Shown here piece after piece: positions 13,680 to 24,362 of a stretch of 64,000 nucleotides of DNA (positions are counted from its first letter, which is position 1; each line of letters begins with the position of its first letter). Source of the stretch: Phallusia mammillata (taxonomy: Eukaryota). Under the pieces are notes generated by a model, which was given only the letters and a program-made list of their open reading frames with translations, made no database searches and was not told where the DNA came from. The DNA lies in the NCBI GenBank assembly GCA_965637545.1, contig OZ281499.1, forward strand, positions 13,392,001 through 13,456,000. Reading direction: 5' to 3'. A program made the translations under genes and the position numbers.

Positions 13680-14580
13680 TGTAGTTACACCTGTTATAAA
13701 TCAACATTGTAACCCATATAATTACAGTAACATCAGGAGGTAACTTTTAGCAAATACGTCAAAAAATACTTTCCTACCTTTCGCAACCAACCTACGCACA
13801 AAAAGGCCTCAAAACGGCATCCGACATTGCATCATCCAAATTCTCAAAGGTCCCGGATGTGACCATGCTTTTTACGCATGAATAAACTCGAAATTAAATA
13901 ATCTAAACCAAAATGATAATGCTCTATACGTAATATTTTGTCGAACTAAAGAATGGTTTTGCAAACGTTTAACAAAGGTTTTTGTTTTAGCGCAAAACCG
14001 AGATTTTGTATTTAAAAATCACATATCATTTATGTAAAATAACCTTAAATCAAGTTACATACGCCAACTTTTTTGCGTGATTTAACATAAAATTACGTAA
14101 CAAAAGAATACCTACAAAAAACGGCAAAAATGTATGTAAATGCACGAAATTTTTTTACAGTGTGATGCTATTCAAGCCATCTCGAGATATCTCTCAGTTT
14201 GCTCTACCACTTGATCAAAAATCGCATGCGTATCGTCCGAAAAAATAGAACATGTTCTATTTGTTCGGATGGCCTTGCGTTAACGTCCGTTTTCGGACAA
14301 AACGCATGGTTCGGATTCTGTGTTTACACGTCGACGGAAGGCGACGGACCGAGATTTACGCGCGTATACGCATGACGGACGAAAACGGACCGAAACGGAT
14401 CCTGTGTCCAGCCACCTTTACACCTGTCCAGAAGGTAATTTCAAAAAATGTCTGGGTCATGTTTGTGAGAAAAATGGTTGTTAGTTTTGCTTTTAAAATA
14501 TATTTATATTGTAAATACAGATGTTTGTTAATAATTTACATGATTTGTACCATGTTCTTTTGTGTTGATTCATGCCTTTT

Positions 14581-14704
14581 TAGTGACTATAGCGAACAAT
14601 CACTTGCTAGATCTGATTCTTGAGGCGAACAATCACTTGCTAGATCTGATTCTTCTTTAGTGACTATAGCGAACAATCACTTGCTAGATCTGATTCTTCT
14701 TGAG
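14581..14704. repeat. Short tandem repeat, three copies of a 30-bp core
   Basis: GCGAACAATCACTTGCTAGATCTGATTCTT at 14592, 14625 and 14669. Confidence 0.9.
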
Positions 14705-14914
14705 TGTGTAGGGGCTGGTCCTGATGACGTCGTACTTATTACTACAGAAGTATCTTTCGCTGTAGATGTTTATACTTTAAGTCCCTGGCTATCTGATATA
14801 CTGCTTGTCTGGGCTTAGTCCGATTATGAGGACGGCGTTAGACCTTAGAGTTAGTTTATTGCGTTAAAAGAGCTATACGTTCTGTATTAAGTGAGAGATG
14901 TTAGCGTCTCTCGT

Positions 14915-14986
14915 AGAGAGAGAGCTTGTCTCTCTGATAGAGAGAAAGCTTGTCTCTCTGATAGAGAGAAAGCTTGTCTCTGGTAT
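14915..14986. repeat. 24-bp minisatellite, three copies
   Basis: AGAGAGAAAGCTTGTCTCTCTGAT x3 with minor variation. Confidence 0.9.
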
Positions 14987-17900
14987 CGTTACAACACACA
15001 TGAACGTATATAATGAGAAAGGTGACGATGACGTAACTGTACAGATGGTAAAAGGTGTTAAATAGCGACAAATGACAATCGAGGTCGAGCACTGATAAGG
15101 TGACGATGACGAAATACAACGTTCATGCAATCACAGTAACTCGCATGATATTTGCGCTTATTTGTTCTGTAATACACGATACACCACAAGTGTATTATTG
15201 CAGGAGTTGAGCTATGTTATGTTAATACAGTGAGTATCGTTCCAAACATACATCTATGACCCAAAGTCAACAAATGGTGACAATATATGGTATGCTGCTA
15301 TGAAGAATTAAATGCTCGAGGTGTTGATTGGTTTACTTACTGATACATTTGTACAGATCCTAATTCCACACCTTTCAGTTGTTGTAGAGATGTATAGGTT
15401 GTATTGAACAAGGAAAATTGTTAATTTTAAAGAGGAATAGGCAAAACCAAAAAAGAGGAGTTGATTGCACATGTCCCGTTTGGCTTCAACTTATGATGCT
15501 ATAGTTGGACTTTCTGAGCAACGCATGTGAGAAAGTGTTAAAATTGGAATGCATCATTTCAAAGAAAAATTTTCTTTTTATTCTACTGCCAAAAGGTCTA
15601 CTTGTAACAACTATAAAAGCATCATACTTTTTATTGCTTACATATTTGGTGACTTTACATCAATTTTCAAACAGTATTTCAATATTGTTTTGTTTAATGC
15701 ATTGCCAATAGTTGTAAAATTCTATTTTTCCATTTTCAACAATAAAGTGTTTGTTTATTCCAAGTTAATATATATCATGCAATCCGTTGACATACTGGGT
15801 GTGTTTAGAAATACAATGAATCAAAAGACTTGTGAAATCATTTTTTACCATTTTAGAATCTTTTGGTTCACATAGGATAGCAGCCTCTGATGATTTATTA
15901 CTTTGGAAGATGGCTATTTATTCAGTTAATTTAGCTGTCAATGATATAAATCTGATCTAATCAGAAAAAGAAATTCTGAATTCTTTCTTTAGATGTGCTA
16001 AATAAGATACACATATCTTGGTACTATTTATTTAGTCAAACCATGTGACGGTGAAGATCAGTTGATATATCTTTGAAATTAAACTGAAACATTATATTCA
16101 TAGTTACTTTTTAAGTCACAGAAATCAATACATTAAAAACAGGTAAAATACTTGAAACTCACATTCAGTGTCATTCTGTAATGTTGTCAATTTTGAAAAA
16201 ATTACTGTCGAAAGTTACATCTTTAATTTGCTAGCTGTTTGTATAAGCAACAATGAATATGGATGCAAGCAATGGAATCATTTGCAACTGATGTTACTTC
16301 GTTGTACCATAGTATACTAACATGGTAGTCCAGCTATTGTTACCGTCACGCTTGATTAACTCTGTACGCTTGTCGGTTGCTTGCATTGAGTTGGGTGCTT
16401 TAGGAGCAGGAAAATGACAAAACTGAGCGTGCGTGGTCGGTTTTATGCATCTACCATGTGTAATATTGCTACGTTTGGTTGGAATTGTGCTGATGGGGAG
16501 AATTTACTGGTTTTTTTTTGCCTTTTAGTCCTTTAAACGCGTTGAAGTGATTTGAGCGTGGTTTTACCTAACATATTCAAGGGTGCATAAAGCTTGTTAC
16601 TGATTAATCTAAAGTCTGGTGAAAATTGAACTTTGCCAAACTGACTGCATTTTTAATGAACTGGTATTTAACGACTTTGACCCCGACCAGGAACTCGATT
16701 CGGACGGACGAAAAGTCAAGCTTAAACGAAGACCATATTTTTTTTCCCAAGTAGCTCATTTCAAACTGTCAACAAGCGGCAGATTTTTCATAAAAGAACT
16801 GATTAGATGAGAAACGAAGCAAAAGAGTGCTGTGAAGCAAAAAGTTTATTTGAAAAAAATTCAAGGTACGAAAACAATTGCTAGACATCATAAACAAGTG
16901 TTAAACTGGTGCAGATAAAACAGTTAAATGGTGTGATTGGTAACATAGAGTTTAGAGTATTTGGAAGGTGATGTTTTGTTCATGGCAAAAAACAATTTTA
17001 CAAAAGTAAGCAAAATTGTTCGCAAGTTGCCCACCATGCAATCACAGCAGGGCAAGCTGATTTCTTCAATGGAGCAAAACCCTGGAGATCTCACTTATCC
17101 TTCATCAGAGTTGCTGCAACTTTTACAAAGTGTGTACCTGAAATGCTTGAGAAATGGTTTTGTGGCCAACCAACAAGCTAGACTTTTTTGTGTATTGCAA
17201 AAGTTTTTCCATGATCTTCATTATGAAAGTTTCCAAAATAGGACATGTGATATTCTGGAAGTTGATATGGATAAAGAGAGAGTACCCAATAGGTTTGTAT
17301 CGGACTTTGGACTTTTTAATTCAAAACATTTTAATTCGTGTAATTGTCGTGTCATATCATCACGGTCAACCCCGTTCATAACTCGCCTTTTTCTACACAA
17401 AAGCTTGACCGGCTGTTAACTGTTGAAACCTGTTTTACTTATTAATGCATCGGTCAATTACTGCTTAAGGCTATCGTTTTATCGTCCCCTTACGTGTTAA
17501 CGTGAAGCAATGTCTTAAACTGCTTCCAGCCATGTTACACTTGACAATTCTATAAGCAATTTAAAGTATAATTACGGTTTAGAACACAGTTAATCTTCTC
17601 GGGCGTACGTTTTACGACTATGCCGGTGATAACGAGATATGACCTGAACGCTATAAATATAGACGTATTTTAGACTTAAAATCAGTTATCTAAAGTTACC
17701 TAGAGTTATCATAAGAGTGACCAGAGTGACTAAAGTACGCATTGGAATTGATATCTCACAGTTGATTCTTGGCGCGGTGACTTTTGTGTTGCGTGTTTAG
17801 CCGCAATTGGCGCTCTCGTGGCATGGTTTATTGAAATATAATGTGGGAACGTTAATTTAGTTTTGCGTCTTTTTAGTTTTGTTTCGACAGCAATAGTTTG

Positions 17901-19933
17901 TTTGTTTATTAGAGTCAGATAACGGAGTGTGTTTAATTGTCTACCCACTGGGTCAGTACAGGTTTTAATATTCGTGGATTTATTTATTTGTGTCTTGTCG
18001 TTCACGTTTGCCGAAAAGCTCTTTTCTAAAATGTTCCAAAGGTCTACCAAGGAAACCCAAAAAAGGGGCTCTGAAAAAATATGTCAAAATAAAACTGTCA
18101 AAAGTGTCTGTACTTTCTGCACAATGTGCTTCTTTTTTCAAATTACAAAAAATGATGCCTCACCAAAATCTATTCAATACCACAAATGGGTATAAACCAC
18201 AGAACACAACTGATTTTAATGCCTCATTAAGCAACTGCTGGGGAACCAAAGTGATGGCAATATGATTAATAAGCCAATAGATAGATGATACGTAAGCTGC
18301 AAATACTGCTCACTGTTTTGACAAGGTCTCATCAGTGCACCTGATGACAAGACACAGGCCATGTTTGCTAGTGTAGTAACATGCTGAAAAACCTTGCCTC
18401 GCCAATTCGGTTCATTGCCTCAATTTTAAAGCAATTTCTACAAAAAAGATGCCTGTCTATAAGTTTTTAAAAATACACTTCAAAGAGTTCATACAATTGA
18501 AAGCTAAAAACGTTTTAATAGCTCTACATACATTAAAAAATAAACCCAATAACTAAAAAACTTCAATACAGACACGGATTTGTCGCCAGCGGCTTTTAAA
18601 AACTAGCTGTTTACCACGTACCTCGTACAAAACTTCAGGCGACGTGCAGTGTTAGTCATGCGTAACCGAAATGCGCAGGATAATAAAAGAAACAAGAGGA
18701 AAAGAGGAGCTGGACTACCATGTTAGTATACTATGGTTGTACTATTTACTGCCATTACCATTATGACATCTCTATTTGGTTGGTATAACACCCAGCCAGT
18801 ACATCAAATTTCCTTGTTTTGACTTTCCTCCGAAAATGCTGTCTTAAGTGGAAATATAGAAGGACATATAGTTTCTTTGTCAAATCTTGCTTGCTCGATG
18901 TTGCGAATGTTTCCGAAACGGTCCCCCAAATTTCTCCAGCGGTTTCCCAAAATTTGGACTTGCAACTACAGTAGAAAAATAATGGTTGTTTCTCGCTATG
19001 TCTTGTCGATAATACGAATATAGCCTACGATCAATAGTTCACGTCCGGAAAAAAAGAATAAGTGGAGGTACAGCTAACAGCTGAATCAAAGAGTTATTCA
19101 CAAAAGAAGTGCACCTTCGATACTCGTCAATGTTTATTTTTGATTTATGGCGCATAATGATCAGTTTTTACGTGTGGAAACATAACAAGCGGAAGCCAAG
19201 AAGCACACTTTGTTTAATTGTGCAGCAAACTTGTTTGGCGGCCGTGTTGGGCAGGCTGTTTGGTCGCTGTCACAATCATTTAAGCTGTGCCTTGTCGAAT
19301 AATTCATTTTATGTTGCGTTGATTGTATGTAGTTTAAATGCCTAGGTTTGAACCGCATCTTTAGAGATTAAAGTTTGTCCTAAAGTAACCTTTGAAATCA
19401 GAAATAACGTAATAATTGCTTTTTTTGCGAAACCTAGATTCGAGTTAATTCTATTCCTTCTGGACTCTTCTCTGACTTAAACTGAATATTATGAAGCTTA
19501 TGATGTCATAAACGTATTTACTCAACCTGACGTTTAGTTTTAACAATTGTTTGTGACGTAACTTAACCGAAGCTTCTCGTAGGTGGGAGAATATTTTTGG
19601 CATTATATAAGGCGGCATATTTTGAGTGTAAAAGAGAGGAAGGACAGAAATTAAGAAATACGTTGAAGTGCTGACAGTTGCTATCAAGTTTTAATGCGTT
19701 ATTTGCAAGTGCTATTGTAGATTACATCGCCCTTTTTGCCAGTTCTCTGAAGATTTTGATCAGCGATCTCAGAAGTAGAACTATTCAGTCGTTAATTGAT
19801 CAGCGATCTCTTTCCTGGTAAAAGAAAAGGAAGACGTGACAGTCGCTATCTTGAGCATTTTTGAGATAGAAAGATTGTTTTTGCAATGCAATAAAATTTA
19901 GAATAGGCTATTTCTTAAATACTCTTTCTATTT

Positions 19934-21501
19934 CAGGGGTGCAAAAATTTTTTCGGAATCTGGTAGCGCGCAAAAAAATTTAGTAGCGCATACGTTTTTG
20001 TGTATGTGTCTTTTTCCACCTAATGTACAACCATTTCGCCACTAATAGCCGTATCGCAGGTTCCTATTTTACAAACGGCCACCAAATGACTCAAATTTTT
20101 TATAATTTAGTGATTTAAAGAATTTTGATTTATTTCACAATATCCCATTTGCTTGGACCTGAAAATTTATGCCTAATCCATAGATTGAACTGAACAGCTT
20201 AATGATTTGTTTCAATTGTTAATGACGCCACTATCTAAATTGTTAAGTTGTTTGTTGCCTGACATTTGACATTGTTTGCACACAATAGCGTACCAAAAAA
20301 TCTGTCACGTATTGCTACCGAGATCACCCTAGTAGCCCCGAATAATCTATTTATACCAGTTTTATAGCCTAAAATTAAGTTTAAATCAACGCGTTACAGC
20401 CAACACATATACTTCCACATACAGTTTCGTGGCCGCACTAATTCGTCTCCCGAGTACGCATACGGCGGCAGGTTGTGGAGCATTGTGCTTCGGTAACATC
20501 ACTGCATAGCCTATTGGCATAGGTTTTGGAATTGGGGCTTGCCGTATATCCAGTTTTTAACCCGACGCCTGACGAATCGTTGTTAAAATTGCTGATTCGG
20601 CAAATCGGTCTTTCGGCTCGTCTTACATGTTCTCAGATACAAACAGCAAACGTCCAAACTTGACGCAGAGATTGCGTTACAATGGCAACTGAGTCAAAAG
20701 TCCGTGTGAAGTGACTGTTTGCAAACTTAGTTGCACAAATACCAGACTAAAGCACGTTTTACTCGTGTATAAATGTATCGGTATTTGTTCCGATGCCACA
20801 TAAGTATCGAATGAGTAGCGATGCTACACATAGCATCAGGTAATACTGTATTATCGGGCTAACCCTAAATACAACAACATGTATTGATTTGTGTTATACG
20901 ACGCATCATACGAAGATTTGAAATTATGACCTCAGCTTTTTTTGTGGCAAACTTTTTTTGCCAAAATATTGCGTCGCGGCGTGAGTGACGTGTTGTTGAG
21001 TGCATGTGCGTTGCAAATTCTTTTTGAGACACGTGTGCGATTGCACCATACCCACGACGATTAGCATCACATTCGCGCCCAATGTGTAAGAATGCTTATT
21101 ATTAGAGTGAAAAGTAAATGTTCTTTTTAGGTTGTAAAAACGTGTGCGGAAATCACTACTTCAACTGATGACAGTCACGTCATGTCAATTGGTGATGACA
21201 CTTTTTACACAGTTACCGTAGCATCGCGATAGTGCCTCATAAAATAAGCTACTCAAGTAATTCGGTCGCGGCTTGACTCAAGCGTGTTTTTCGCGAAAAC
21301 AATATTGGTAGATCGTTGCCTACTCTCTATTTTTCTGCTAATTGTGCCACTTCGTCAGTACTTTACTATTATTCTAAAAATATTTCTGAGAATTAATTAA
21401 AAAAATATAGACCACCTTTAATTGTGACTACAAACTGCGGTCGCGCACGCAAGTTTATTGGTCGCGCGGCGCGACCGTGCGACCGCATTTTTGCACCCCT
21501 G
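19934..21501. mobile_element. Non-autonomous hAT element (1.57 kb)
   Basis: 15-bp TIR CAGGGGTGCAAAAAT; 8-bp TSD TTCTATTT (19926-19933, 21502-21509); no internal long ORF. Confidence 0.92.
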
Positions 21502-22529
21502 TTCTATTTTGTAACTTAAAAATTTTAAGTTTTTGTGAGTTATTTCAGGTGAAAATGTCGCAGCGTAAACGCTTATCCTCTGATAAACCTAACAATCGAA
21601 GTATAAAGCATGTCTTTTCTAGCAAACCGAAAACACGTACTGCTGCTTTAACCCCCGAAACCGCATCTGCCAACAGCACCACAAGTTCTGATTGTGTTTT
21701 ACTGAATGACCGCAATTTTGCTGAAAATGTTCAAGAGCAGTCGACTCTTCCTGTTGCATCGTCGACGACTGTTCCAGCTGCACCATCCAACAAGATATTT
21801 CAATCGTGGATTAAACTGAAAGGTTTTCATGATGCTCTACGAATGAACGTGTTCACCCTCCATGCTGACGGAGGCATAATATGTTTGCTTTGCTCTAAGC
21901 ATCCAGTAGCTATCACTGGCCGAGGCAAGTTTGCTGATGTTTACACCAGCGTACCCGCCAGACCTCAGCGCCCCTCTCGTCTGGATATGCATCTGAGCTC
22001 GGAGCAACATCAGCAAGCAGTTAAACTGGAACAGAACCAACGTGTCTCGCTATTTCACACAAAGTATCAAGATCGTGTATTACCGTAATTTTCCGTGGAT
22101 AATGCGCAAAATTTACTTAATTTATTGTCCTAAAATCTGGGGTGCGCATTATGCATGGGTACAACAATTTTTGAAGAAAATCTGCCTCGAAATAAAACTT
22201 GAAATCAGACCTTTCTTCTTGTTTGTTGTCAATCGCCCATCACATTCAGCCATCCTGCCCAACACACTTAGTCAGTAAAATTCATAATTGACGACACATT
22301 TTTTTTTTTGAAGTAGTCAAGTTGATGTATCAATCAATAAAATTTAAGTCAAAAGCCTACGCTTCACGTAAACACGAAAAAAACGACGACAACACAACTT
22401 TTTCCTATCCTTTTCCATTGTAAACGATGCAATCTTACTGGGCGCGTTCAAGCGGAACCGATCTTAAGATAAAAAGGCAGTGTGCAGTCTCTGGTTTCAA
22501 TTCACACTTTAATTAGCAGTTTCATCAAG

Positions 22530-24362
22530 ATGGTTAAGAGAGCAAGTTATAGTATAGAATTTCAAAAGAAAGTCATTAAAGTGGCAGAAAAATTAAGCAA
22601 TAGGGCAGCTGCGCGCAAATTTGATGTCAATGAATCAAACATAAGACTCTGGAGCAGTGGTTCTTAACCTTTTTGTAGTCACGGACCCCTTTTCTGAATT
22701 TTGTAAGTCTGCGGACCCCCAACGCAATTTACGATAGGTCTTTTTATGTTTCACGCTTCTTGCATTATACCCTGTCATGCTTTTGAAGCATTTAAATCCG
22801 CCTTCACAGTCCTTTAAATTCAATGACGTTTCTGTATTGTAGTGGCCAACGCATCTAATTGATAATATTTATGGTGTATATAATTTCACAAATCACGTCC
22901 TATGAAGTCTATTGTCCATTTGTGTTATGATGTCACAATAGGGAAGACAATCACAAAAAGTAATTGTTCTTGGCATAATTAAGGTGTAATTAACAGCGTG
23001 CACTCATATGCAGGATTGTAAAAACGGTTGAGATACTTAAAAATATTCTTCTGTTGGTTAATGATACTTATAATATTTCCCTCCGTGGACCCCCTGAAAC
23101 CATCTCATGGACCCCTTTGGGGTCCACGAACCCCAGGTTAAGAACCACTGCTCTGGAGGAAGAAAAAAAATCAAATTGATACAGCGAAGGATTCAGCAAG
23201 AGCACCTGGAAGAGGAAAGAAAGCACAGTATCCAGATGTAGAGGAACAATTAGTGGAGTTCATTGGGGAGAAAAGAGCTGGTGGAATAGCCATCAGCACT
23301 ATTGAGATTAGAATTTTGGCTATGAAATGGATAAAGAGAGACCACCCACATTCAAACTTCAGAGCCTCTCCAAAGTGGTGCTACTTATTCATGAGGCGCA
23401 ATGACATTTCAATTAGGAGGAGGACTTCAGTGGCGCAAAAATTGCCACAGGACTATGAGGACAAGCTGTCGAAGTTTCAGAAATACGTGATTGGATTAAG
23501 AAAGGGTTATGACTACGAGGTAAAGGATATTGCTAATGCTGATCAGACTCCACTCACGTTTGATTTACCGGCAAGTCAGACCATGGCCTTCAAGGGAACA
23601 GGCACTGTAACAATTAAATCGTCTGGTAACGAAAAGAACAGGTTCACGGTTATGCTAGGGGCATATGGGGATGGGAAGAAAATGCGGCCCTATATAATAT
23701 TCAAAAGAAAAACCCTCCCTAAGAACGTAGTGTGGCCTTCTGGTGTGATTGTCAGGTGCCAGAGCAAAGGATGGATGGACGATGCACTGACCAAAGACTG
23801 GCTGAAGACTGTCTGGTGCGCAAATCCATCCATCAAAAGAAGAATGCTTGTGTTGGATGTCTTCCGCTGCCACAGGATGCCAGCCATCAAGGACATCTTA
23901 AAAGAAAACAGAACGGATTTCGTCATAATTCCCGGTGGTATGACATCGCAGTTGCAGGTAATGGACGTCTCCTGCAACAAACCTTTCAAGACATACATGC
24001 GGCGGCGATGGAATGAGTGGATGGCGAGTGGGCAACACCAGTTCACAGCAGGAGGGAATTTAAAGAAGGTGGAGCTCCCGACCATAGCCACTTGGATTAA
24101 GGAAGCGTGGGAAGAGCTTGATCCCAACATCATCATCAAGGGATTCAAAAAGTGCTGCCTCACAAACAAAATGGATGGCACCGAAGATGACATTCTGTGG
24201 GAGGATCAGGTTGCACCGCGGGAAGTAGAGGAGGAGGAGGAAGATGAGGATTGCATACTGGATGAGGAGATGTACGCTGATGATCAGAATCAGCTGCAAG
24301 CTTTGCAAAACCTCTTCAAAGGGTCAGATTCAGACTCTGACGATTCGTTCAATGGATTTTAG
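22530..24362 (+). CDS. pogo transposase (Brinker-like HTH + CENP-B HTH + DDE_1), interrupted by a MITE at 22655-23150
   Basis: MVKRASYSIEFQKKVI...NIRLW; after removing the MITE the frame joins the ORF with ANADQTP, LVLDVFRCH and LQVMDVSCNKPFK. Confidence 0.85.
22655..23150. mobile_element. hAT MITE
   Basis: 16-bp perfect TIR CAGTGGTTCTTAACCT; 8-bp TSD CTCTGGAG. Confidence 0.95.

Larger units (their letters stand above)
10903..14162 (-). mobile_element. EnSpm/CACTA-like element (CACTG ends), internally deleted
   Basis: TIR CACTGTAAAAAAA at 10903 and inverted ending at 14162; 2-bp TSD TG on both sides. Confidence 0.8.
4869..14417 (+). mobile_element. PIF/Harbinger DNA transposon with two nested insertions
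   Basis: 16-bp TIR AGGTGGCTGGACACAG (4869-4884 / 14402-14417) and TTA target duplication on both sides. Encodes a Harbinger transposase and a convergent MADF/Myb-like gene. Confidence 0.9.

Noticed and set aside
16619-17419. ORFs 16619-16810 and 16961-17419
   Set aside because: No recognisable domain or element boundaries; possibly a decayed transposon exon but not supportable.
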